Shown here piece after piece: positions 55,523 to 63,497 of a stretch of DNA of 64,000 nt (positions are counted from its first letter, which is position 1; each line of letters opens with the position of its first letter). This DNA is from Clostridia bacterium (GTDB taxonomy: Bacteria > Bacillota > Clostridia > Oscillospirales > CAG-272): assembly GCA_017462485.1 (NCBI GenBank), contig JAFTRA010000035.1, positions 168 to 64,167 of the forward strand, written 5' to 3'. Below the pieces are notes generated by a model. The model ran no database searches. It saw only the letters and a list, made by a program, of their open reading frames with translations, and had not been told where the DNA came from. The position numbers and the translations under genes are program-made.

Positions 55523-56352
55523 AAGACTTCAGCCAAATTGAAGATTCAATACTTGACTCCGGAGAGATGGTCAAAAAGGCAGGGCGCGCGCTCATTGAAA
55601 ATATGGGCAAGATAATCGCTCTTGCGGTTTCTCTTATTATGATTGCGGTAACGTTTACCGACATCAGCTTTTCCTCCGTTTTCACCGAGAGCTTTGCCTC
55701 CTCACTTCTCTTACTGCTCACCTCCTCCTATATAATCTATTTTTCGCTTGAAGACGCAGGAGAAAAATGCGCTGAGAACACCGAGGAATACAAAAAGGCA
55801 AAGGAGAGATACGACAGCCTGAGGCAAAAAGTTTCGGGAAACGATATAGCCGATTTAAGAGTTTTCTGCCTTGGATATTCCGAGCGAGAGCTTGAATACC
55901 GAAAAAGCAACGCTCTGATACGAGAGGGACTATCCTCTGAGGACATGAAAGCTTTTTGCTCGGGAAAGACATTTGATAAGCGCACGGGCAGAAAGCTTAA
56001 GCGAATAGCAAAAATCAAGCCCGTCAGGCTGACTCCGAGAATGCTTCTCTCAAAGGGCAAGGCAGGGCGCTCGGGTGAGCTTGAAAACCCCGAAAGCAAA
56101 AAACTGCTTTCGCTCATAATAAAGCTCATTCCCTCAACAGTATGTATGACGGTGACGGTTTCGGTTATGTTGAGCGCAAAGGAGGGTTTAAGCTCCGCAG
56201 ACGTGCTAAACGGCATACTCAAGCTTTCGGCACTCCCTATGATAGGCTTTAAGGGATACTCCGCAGGCTATTCATACGCAAAGCACTCTCTTGCCTCGTG
56301 GTTTGAAACTAAGGCTGATATAATAGAGGATTTCTTGAAAAGCAAGGGATAA
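55519..56352 (+). CDS. Membrane protein (2+2 TM helices flanking a charged cytosolic domain), unknown function
   Basis: ATGA overlap with the upstream ORF. 277 aa. It is the last gene before the strong terminator. Confidence 0.6.
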   Translation: MKDFSQIEDSILDSGEMVKKAGRALIENMGKIIALAVSLIMIAVTFTDISFSSVFTESFASSLLLLLTSSYIIYFSLEDAGEKCAENTEEYKKAKERYDSLRQKVSGNDIADLRVFCLGYSERELEYRKSNALIREGLSSEDMKAFCSGKTFDKRTGRKLKRIAKIKPVRLTPRMLLSKGKAGRSGELENPESKKLLSLIIKLIPSTVCMTVTVSVMLSAKEGLSSADVLNGILKLSALPMIGFKGYSAGYSYAKHSLASWFETKADIIEDFLKSKG

Positions 56353-56408
56353 TCGAAACAAAAAAAAGAGCTACCGTACTTTAAATCGGGGGTTCTCTTA
56401 ACGTGTGA

Positions 56409-56448
56409 GGCAGAGGTACTGAATAAAACGGTACCTCTGCCTTTTTGT
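56409..56448 (+). terminator. Strong intrinsic terminator ending the phage-like cluster
   Basis: GGCAGAGGTAC-(11 nt)-GTACCTCTGCC perfect 11-bp stem followed by TTTTTGT. Confidence 0.85.
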
Positions 56449-56483
56449 CAGCTATGCGAATCTTTTTTGTAAGCTTGTTATAT

Positions 56484-56512
56484 TGACATTTTCCCCTGCG
56501 TGTGTTATATTT
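56484..56512 (+). promoter_or_regulatory. Candidate sigma-A promoter for the MFS transporter gene
   Basis: TTGACA (56484-89), a 17-nt spacer, then TATATT (56507-12). Confidence 0.5.
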
Positions 56513-56599
56513 AATTTATGGTGAAAGTTAACACGGGAACGGATATCATATAATCTTTCCCGAAGCGCTTTTGCAAACTTTTTTAATATTGGAGGCAAT

Positions 56600-57916
56600 A
56601 TGGATTCTGTATTCTCACGTAAAAAATGGACCGTGCTTCTGCTTTTCGGAATTATCGGTCAAATTGCATGGTCTGTTGAAAATATGTACTTTAATCTATT
56701 CGTTTTCGAGACGATAGAGCCAAACCTTAACGCAATAACGCTTATGGTACAGCTCAGCGGTATAGCCGCTACGTTTGTGACGCTCATCGCCGGAACACTT
56801 TCGGATAAGATAGGCAACAGACGCTCGCTTATCAGCGTAGGATACATAATCTGGGGAATCACGGTGCTTCTCTTCGGATTCATTTCTCCCGAATATGCAG
56901 AGACTCTGCTCGGCGTGAGCTACGAGAGCGCTGTCAAAATCTGCCTTGTTACCGTAATCGTTGGTGACTGCGTTATGACGCTCTTCGGCTCGACGGCAAA
57001 CGACGCTGCCTTTTCCGCATGGGTGACAGACAACACCGAGTTCTCTTACAGAGGCCGCATTGAGAGCGTTGTAGCAATTCTCCCTCTCGCAGCTATGCTT
57101 ATCGTGGCGGGAGGCTTCGGAATTTTGGTTTCAGCGCTTGGATATAAATTACTCTTCCTTATACTCGGTATCGTTATAAGCATATCGGGCGTAGTTGGTA
57201 TTTTTATAATCGAGGACAGTGAAAAGCTCGAGAAAAACGGCACGCTCAAGGATATGATATACGGCTTCAAGCCCTCGGTAATATCCGGTAATAAGCCATT
57301 CTATATAGCTCTTCTTATTGCCTGCGTTTACGGTATCGCTTGCCAGATATTTATGCCTTACCTCATAATTTATATGAAAACATATCTCGGATTTGGAGTT
57401 GTCGAATACAGTATAGTGTTCGGACTTGCAATTATCCTCGGCGCAACGGTTAACGTTTTTCTTGGAAAGCTCTCTGATAAAATAAGCAAGGTTAGCTCTA
57501 TGTACGTTGCCACGGCTGTTTTTGCCGCAGGACTTTTGGCGATGTATCTTGCGAAGGGGCTCTCTCATACGGCAACTCTTATAACGTTTGGCATAGCAGG
57601 CTTTGTTATGATATGCGGATACATTTATATATCCGCTCTCAGCGGTGCCGTCGTAAGAGATTATACCCCCGTATCCGACACGGGCAAGCTCCAGGGCGTA
57701 CGAATGATATTCTTCGTCCTCATTCCTATGCTCCTTGGTCCGACTATTGGAAACGCTATCAACGCATCGGCAAATATTCCTCTCACGGGGGGCGGTGCTG
57801 ACACGATGACAACGCTTTTCATACCCGCCCCGGAAATCTTCCTTGCGGCAGCATTGGTATCGCTCCTTATATTTGCTCTTATACCTCTTCTCTTAAAGCT
57901 TACTAAAAAGTCCTGA
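56600..57916 (+). CDS. MFS transporter
   Basis: 438 aa with about 12 TM segments. MFS loop 2-3 motif GTLSDKIGNRRSL. Confidence 0.85.
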   Translation: MDSVFSRKKWTVLLLFGIIGQIAWSVENMYFNLFVFETIEPNLNAITLMVQLSGIAATFVTLIAGTLSDKIGNRRSLISVGYIIWGITVLLFGFISPEYAETLLGVSYESAVKICLVTVIVGDCVMTLFGSTANDAAFSAWVTDNTEFSYRGRIESVVAILPLAAMLIVAGGFGILVSALGYKLLFLILGIVISISGVVGIFIIEDSEKLEKNGTLKDMIYGFKPSVISGNKPFYIALLIACVYGIACQIFMPYLIIYMKTYLGFGVVEYSIVFGLAIILGATVNVFLGKLSDKISKVSSMYVATAVFAAGLLAMYLAKGLSHTATLITFGIAGFVMICGYIYISALSGAVVRDYTPVSDTGKLQGVRMIFFVLIPMLLGPTIGNAINASANIPLTGGGADTMTTLFIPAPEIFLAAALVSLLIFALIPLLLKLTKKS

Positions 57917-57950
57917 AGAGCTAAAAGTTAACTTTTATTTACATAATAAT

Positions 57951-57990
57951 GCGGCAGAAGCAAAAATGCTTCTGCCGCTCTTCTTTATTC
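57951..57990. terminator. Bidirectional intrinsic terminator
   Basis: GCGGCAGAAGC-aaaaat-GCTTCTGCCGC perfect 11-bp stem with T-rich sequence on one side and A-rich on the other, between convergent genes. Confidence 0.85.
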
Positions 57991-58023
57991 GGTTTTGAGT
58001 TTAACCTTAAATACAACAGTCTT

Positions 58024-59325
58024 TTAGAATTTTGCAACGTAATTGGTATTGTAAGGTATAGCCACGGGATTTATATTTTCCCACTTATCGAGAATTTCCA
58101 CCTTAGCCGCATAGTCATTTATCATTTTCTGGCAAACGCTCGTTGCCGCAAGAGAGCTGAAATCCGAGAAGAAGCCGTTCTTATCCTCTTTTTCATATGC
58201 CGCGCTCTCACGCTCCACACGGTAGATATAGCATCTTCCGACAAATTCGAGTTGCTTCTTTTCGTCTTCCCCGTCATCTGCCATAATGCTTCCGTATTCA
58301 ACTACTCCCGCCTCGCCTATACCAAGAGACGAAGAGGTTTTTACAACGTCGGAGAACGCCTCCGAAAACTCGGTTGTAAATTTACTTCCACTCATAAAGT
58401 AGTACCCAGTGGTGAGTGCTGTATCAATATTTTCCTTATACTTGCCGTAAATCTCGGCAGCGAGAGAATCGTAATACTCGGGGGCTACAGTTCCGTCGTT
58501 AATACCTGCTATGCAAGCGTCAAGCCTCTCGATATAGGCGGCTCTTTCGCTCTTCTCTTCAGCTGTAAGTGCTCTTAAAGAGTCGTTTCCGTCACTGTCT
58601 TGAACTCGGTTTCCCGACTCGTCAAGCACGAATGTATCCTGTGTTCTTATAAAGATAAGCTTGACTCTGGCATATCCCGAATAGAAGCTCTCTAGCTCCT
58701 CGGGAAAGCTTGACATTCTCTCTCCACTGTCGCCAAAGATTCTTGACTTTATCATATACGCCTTATAAAGAATTTCTGTTGCCTTTTTGAAATCCTTATA
58801 ATCGAAGCCCATAGCCTCGGTTGCCTCGTTGAACGCCCCTTTATCTCCACCGCTCTGATAAACGAGAATTTCATTTGTTGCTTGCTCTATTTTGCTTTTA
58901 TCGGCCGACTTAAGCGTGGTATAGCTATCAAATATAACGTTTGCGGCGATTATCTGCTTTATATACTGCGTGGTTTCGTATTCAAGATAGTCCGCGTAAG
59001 TATTCTCACGAAACACCTTGGTATTCCAGAAGCTCTCCGTATCGCTGACACTGACTCCCGACGACGCAAGATTCTGCATATACATAGACTTAAATACCGA
59101 CGAAAGATATGACGCAACGCCCTCGTTTATACCTATATCCTCAAGACGCATAACGTGCGAGGCTCGGCGGACTGCCGCAACTATTCCGAGCACAGCACCG
59201 AGAACAACGGCTATTCCGACAAGCACGCTGACGAGTATTATAACTATGCGACGCGTTCGCTTAGCTCCTGAAAGTGACGCCTTTTTTGTAGGCGTTGCTT
59301 TTGCTTTTTTCTTGTTTTCCTTCAT
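58024..59325 (-). CDS. Membrane-anchored SurA-N/PrsA-like chaperone with a degenerate parvulin domain
   Basis: Lys-rich N-terminus plus a TM helix. Its position immediately downstream of mfd matches the PrsA-like gene of Clostridia. Parvulin-like segments lack both conserved His residues (VKLIFI instead of xSHILV; RCYIYRV instead of GYHIIK). Confidence 0.6.
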   Translation of the reverse strand: MKENKKKAKATPTKKASLSGAKRTRRIVIILVSVLVGIAVVLGAVLGIVAAVRRASHVMRLEDIGINEGVASYLSSVFKSMYMQNLASSGVSVSDTESFWNTKVFRENTYADYLEYETTQYIKQIIAANVIFDSYTTLKSADKSKIEQATNEILVYQSGGDKGAFNEATEAMGFDYKDFKKATEILYKAYMIKSRIFGDSGERMSSFPEELESFYSGYARVKLIFIRTQDTFVLDESGNRVQDSDGNDSLRALTAEEKSERAAYIERLDACIAGINDGTVAPEYYDSLAAEIYGKYKENIDTALTTGYYFMSGSKFTTEFSEAFSDVVKTSSSLGIGEAGVVEYGSIMADDGEDEKKQLEFVGRCYIYRVERESAAYEKEDKNGFFSDFSSLAATSVCQKMINDYAAKVEILDKWENINPVAIPYNTNYVAKF

Positions 59326-59327
59326 TT

Positions 59328-62300
59328 TTATTTCTCTTCCTTTTGACTTTGAAGTTCAGAATAGTAATCGCGCAAAACCGAAGAAACTGCTTTTAAGGGG
59401 TCCTCGGCAGATTTTAGTCTGTATATTATAGGTGCCGGTCCCGACGAGCCGACAAGCTGCCCTTTATGCATCGCAAGAACCATAGACCATATCGAAAGGT
59501 CCGGCTTCTCCATATGGAAAAGTATATTCGTTCCGCGAAGCTCTACTCTCCTTATTCTTGCCGCCTCAGCTATCGCGCGAGAGAGCGCAACGAGAAGAAG
59601 CCTTTCGACAGGCTTAGGCAAATCTCCGAATCTATCGGTAAGCTCATCGAAAATATCGTCCTTGTCGGCAGGTGACCTTATGAGCGATATCTTTTTGTAT
59701 ATCTCCATTCTTGCGGCACTCGACGATATATAATACTCGGGGATATGTGCGTCAACCCTTATGTCGATAGTGGACTCAAACGTCTCTCCAACAGACTCGC
59801 CCTTTTCCTCAAGAACGGCTTCGTTTAGAAGCTTAACGTAAAGGTCGTATCCTACGCTGTCTATATAACCGTGCTGCTCGCTTCCGAGAATATTGCCCGC
59901 GCCCCTTATTTCAAGGTCACGGAGAGCCACCTTAAAGCCTGCGCCGAACTCGGCATACTCTCTTATTGCAGACAAGCGCTTTTTGGCAATATCGGTAAGC
60001 GCCTTCCCCGGTCGATAGGTAAAGTAAGCGTAAGCCTGACGCTCGCTTCTTCCAACACGTCCCCTTATCTGATGAAGCTGGGAGAGCCCCATTTTATCTG
60101 CGTTTTCAATTACGAGCGTATTCGCCATAGGTAAGTCAACGCCCGTTTCTATAATAGTCGTGCACACGAGAACGTCAAGCTCACCCGACACGAGCGCCTG
60201 CCAGATATCCTCAAGCTCATCCTTTTCCATTCTTCCGTGAGCGTAGGCGACTCTTGCCTCGGGAACTGCCGTCGCTATCTTATCAGCTACGTATCCTATC
60301 GTGTCAATGCTGTTAAAGAGATATAAGACCTGACCGCCCCTCGATATTTCACGGCGTATGGCATCGGCTATAACTATCTCGTCGTGCTCAAGCACGTAGG
60401 TCTGCACGGGGCGTCGGTTTTCAGGTGCTTCATCAAGCACGGACATATCACTGATTCCGTTTATAGCCATATTAAGAGTTCGGGGTATCGGAGTTGCGCT
60501 AAGCGTCAAAACGTCAATATTTGTTGACATTTCCTTGAGTTTTTCTTTTTGAACGACTCCAAAACGCTGCTCTTCGTCTATTATCAAAAGTCCGAGGTCC
60601 TTAAACTCTATTTTCTTTCCAAGCAGCTTATGAGTGCCGATAAGTATATCGACCTTTCCAAGCTTTGTATCCTCTATTATCTTTGCCGCCTGCCTCGCGG
60701 TTTTGAATCGAGAGAGCATTTCTACGTTTACGGGATACCCTCTCATACGCGAGAGCGCCGTCGTGTAGTGCTGGAGCGCGAGAATCGTCGTGGGAACTAG
60801 GATAGCGACCTGCTTTCCGCCCATAATTGCCTTAAAGGCGGCTCTTAAAGCAACCTCGGTTTTACCGAAGCCAACGTCACCGCAAAGAAGCCTGTTCATA
60901 GGAGACGGCTTCATCATATCGCTCTTTATTTCCTCAATAGCAAGAGCCTGCGATTCGGTTTCAGTGTATTCAAAGCTCTCGGCAAATTCTTCCTCAAGCT
61001 CCGAATCCTTGGGAAAAGCGAAACCGGGCAAACGCTGACGCTCAGCATACAGCTTTATAAGCTTTGCCGCTATATCCTTAACGGCAGATTTAGCACGTGC
61101 TCTGGTCTTATGCCATTCTGTACCGCCCATCTTTGAGAGCTTAACCGTTCCGTCACTCTCTCTTGCGCCTATATATTTGCCTATCATCTCCAGCCTATCG
61201 CAAGGAACGAAAAGCTTATCCGTACCTGCGTAACGAATAGTTATATAATCCTTCGTTACACCGTCTATGCGAACGCTCTCTATTCCCTCGAAAAGACCTA
61301 TACCGTAATTTGCGTGAACCACGTAATCTCCGACCTCAAGCTCGGCGTAGCTCATTATTTTCTGCCCCGCTCCGCCCGATTTTTTGAGTATTCTCTGTCG
61401 ACGGCGGTGAGCCATTATCATTTTACCCTCGTCTTCTCCCATAGAGAGAAGCGCTATTTTGGGCATTATTAGGTCAAACCCCTCAAGGCTGCCGAGTGTC
61501 AAGGTAATACTCGCTCCCTCGGTAAGCTTTATATCGCCCGTCTCGTTTCTTATAACCGTATATCCCTCATCGGTGAGAAGATTGTACGTAGAATCAAGAC
61601 CTGCTTTATTTTCACATTCTATTATTATTCTGTATCCGCTCTTATAGAGACTCGATACGTCCTCTTTAAGCATAACGGGATTTTTGCCGTAGGCTATGCA
61701 CCTTTTCGTTCTGAAACCGAAAAGTCCCGAAAGCTTTGAAATTCCGGACGCGCCGGAAAAGGAATTAATATGAAGAACGACCGATGAGGAAAGATAAGCT
61801 CTGTATTCCTTGTCCGTGGCAGAATATCCTATACATCTCTCGCTGACAAGACCCGACGATAAAAGGTTTTCCGTATTGGACTTCATCTCAGAGAAGAATT
61901 TTGAAAGAAGCTCCTCCCCCTCGTTAGTTCCAACGGCAAAGACAGTCTCACAGCCGGCCGACCTCATATATGAAAGAAGAGTTTCACGCTCCTCGTATAT
62001 CAGCCCGATATATTTATCTCTTGAATCAAGAGCAAGACCGCCCTCAAGTACGGCGAGCTCGCGCTTAAGAGCTGCCATTGCGGTATCGCTAGGAGCCTTT
62101 TGTATAAGCGATTTAACCTCTTTTATAATACGCTCACGCGCTTCTCTTGACATCATCACTTCAACGGCAGGCATAAGCTTTACCGCAGATACAGGCTCTA
62201 TCGCCCTTTGAGTTAAGACGTCGAAGGATACCATTCTGTCAATCTCATCACCGAAAAACTCGACACGGATAGGGTTTTCCTCCGAGCTTTTAAAGAAATC

Positions 62301-62861
62301 TACAATTCCGCCGCGCCTTGCGTACTGACCTGCCGACTCAACGGAGTCACGTCTTACAAAGCCAAGCGCTTCAAGCTTCTGTGAAAGCGAGTCGGGTGAT
62401 ATCTCACCGCCAACCTCGAGAGTAAGGGTTAAGGCAGCAAGAGTATCGTATGGTACGGTTGATATAACTGCGGCGTCGGGCGTTGTAACAACCGCGTCAA
62501 GCTCGCCCGATACGAGTGAAAGAAGCACCGAAAGCCTCTCACGCTCTGTGTCGTGGGAGGCTGAAACGTTATGAAATACAAAATCACGCCTTTTATATTC
62601 TTTGGCGTGAAGTCCACGGGATACAAGGCAGGAGGTAAGCTTTGACCTCTCACTCTCCGAGCCTGCAAGAACAAGCACGGGTGCGCCGGACCTCTCGGAA
62701 AGCTCGCGTACGCCCTCAGCTATATAAGCGTAGTGCGCTCCCCCCGAAAGCCCGTTGACAGCTATTGGGTAACGCTCGGATTTCGCAAGCTCCTCCACCG
62801 CTGCCGCCATTGATGCGGAAAATTCTTTATCCCTGGTTATAAGCGACGTTAATCTTTTCAT
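59328..62861 (-). CDS. mfd: Transcription-repair coupling factor Mfd
   Basis: 1177 aa. Contains CarD-like/RNAP-interacting domain (VGDYVVHANYGIG), SF2 helicase motifs (GDVGFGKTEVA, DEEQRFG, QLHQIRGRVGR) and a TRCF C-terminal domain. Confidence 0.97.
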   Translation of the reverse strand: MKRLTSLITRDKEFSASMAAAVEELAKSERYPIAVNGLSGGAHYAYIAEGVRELSERSGAPVLVLAGSESERSKLTSCLVSRGLHAKEYKRRDFVFHNVSASHDTERERLSVLLSLVSGELDAVVTTPDAAVISTVPYDTLAALTLTLEVGGEISPDSLSQKLEALGFVRRDSVESAGQYARRGGIVDFFKSSEENPIRVEFFGDEIDRMVSFDVLTQRAIEPVSAVKLMPAVEVMMSREARERIIKEVKSLIQKAPSDTAMAALKRELAVLEGGLALDSRDKYIGLIYEERETLLSYMRSAGCETVFAVGTNEGEELLSKFFSEMKSNTENLLSSGLVSERCIGYSATDKEYRAYLSSSVVLHINSFSGASGISKLSGLFGFRTKRCIAYGKNPVMLKEDVSSLYKSGYRIIIECENKAGLDSTYNLLTDEGYTVIRNETGDIKLTEGASITLTLGSLEGFDLIMPKIALLSMGEDEGKMIMAHRRRQRILKKSGGAGQKIMSYAELEVGDYVVHANYGIGLFEGIESVRIDGVTKDYITIRYAGTDKLFVPCDRLEMIGKYIGARESDGTVKLSKMGGTEWHKTRARAKSAVKDIAAKLIKLYAERQRLPGFAFPKDSELEEEFAESFEYTETESQALAIEEIKSDMMKPSPMNRLLCGDVGFGKTEVALRAAFKAIMGGKQVAILVPTTILALQHYTTALSRMRGYPVNVEMLSRFKTARQAAKIIEDTKLGKVDILIGTHKLLGKKIEFKDLGLLIIDEEQRFGVVQKEKLKEMSTNIDVLTLSATPIPRTLNMAINGISDMSVLDEAPENRRPVQTYVLEHDEIVIADAIRREISRGGQVLYLFNSIDTIGYVADKIATAVPEARVAYAHGRMEKDELEDIWQALVSGELDVLVCTTIIETGVDLPMANTLVIENADKMGLSQLHQIRGRVGRSERQAYAYFTYRPGKALTDIAKKRLSAIREYAEFGAGFKVALRDLEIRGAGNILGSEQHGYIDSVGYDLYVKLLNEAVLEEKGESVGETFESTIDIRVDAHIPEYYISSSAARMEIYKKISLIRSPADKDDIFDELTDRFGDLPKPVERLLLVALSRAIAEAARIRRVELRGTNILFHMEKPDLSIWSMVLAMHKGQLVGSSGPAPIIYRLKSAEDPLKAVSSVLRDYYSELQSQKEEK

Positions 62862-62870
62862 TAAAGCCCC

Positions 62871-63494
62871 TTATCTTGAATATTTGTTCATTGCCTCTTC
62901 GGTTTTTCCCTCTAGCATAAGTCTTATCGCAGCGTTTATATCGAGGTATTTAGCCGAAAGAGTTTCTAAGTCCTCTTTAGAAAATTTGCCGAGAACGAAG
63001 CTTACGAGATCATAATCGGGAGAGGGCTTCTTGCCTACTCCTATCTTTATTCTCGGGAAGCTATCCGACGAAAGATGAGCTATGATGCTTTTAAGTCCGT
63101 TATGTCCACCGGCAGAGCCCTTACGTCTTATACGTATAACGCCGACGTCAAAGCTAATCTCATCGTGAAGAACGATAACGTTCTCGGGCGCAATTTTGTA
63201 AAATGCCGCAGCCTCGGATATAGCCACGCCCGAATTATTCATAAAGGTCGTAGGCTTCATAAGAAGAACTCGAGCTCTACCTATGTTTGCCTCGGCAACG
63301 TATGCGTGAAACTTAACACGGTCTATCTTCACACCAAGACTTTCCGCAAGCGAGTCAATCGCCATAAAACCTGCGTTGTGCCTCGTTTTATCATATTCCG
63401 CTCCCACGTTTCCAAGACCTGCTATGATATAGGTTATCGGGGTATTATTCTGCTTCGTCTCTATTTTTTTGAATAAATCGAATATGTTAGCCAT
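62871..63494 (-). CDS. pth: Peptidyl-tRNA hydrolase
   Basis: GLGNVGAEYDKTRHNAGF, MNNSG and GGHNGLKS motifs. Confidence 0.95.
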   Translation of the reverse strand: MANIFDLFKKIETKQNNTPITYIIAGLGNVGAEYDKTRHNAGFMAIDSLAESLGVKIDRVKFHAYVAEANIGRARVLLMKPTTFMNNSGVAISEAAAFYKIAPENVIVLHDEISFDVGVIRIRRKGSAGGHNGLKSIIAHLSSDSFPRIKIGVGKKPSPDYDLVSFVLGKFSKEDLETLSAKYLDINAAIRLMLEGKTEEAMNKYSR

Positions 63495-63497
63495 TTT

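Larger units (their letters stand above)
41873..56352 (+). mobile_element. Phage-derived structural/packaging gene cluster lacking recognisable integration, regulation, replication and lysis-enzyme genes (GTA-like or defective prophage)
   Basis: 17 co-directional ORFs, many with overlapping stop/start codons, running from TerS through fibre-like and membrane proteins. It is bounded by terminators and a promoter on the left and by a strong terminator (56409-56448) on the right. The flanks are housekeeping genes. Confidence 0.75.

Noticed and set aside
41430-56599. attL/attR direct repeats and an integrase marking a normal integrated prophage
   Set aside because: No integrase or recombinase ORF is present. 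By eye I found no shared repeat between 41430-41872 and 56353-56599, and there is no tRNA at either border. An exhaustive repeat search would need software.
57949-58578. 209-aa + strand ORF antisense to the PrsA-like gene
   Set aside because: It begins inside the bidirectional terminator hairpin and runs antisense to a gene with conserved context (downstream of mfd).
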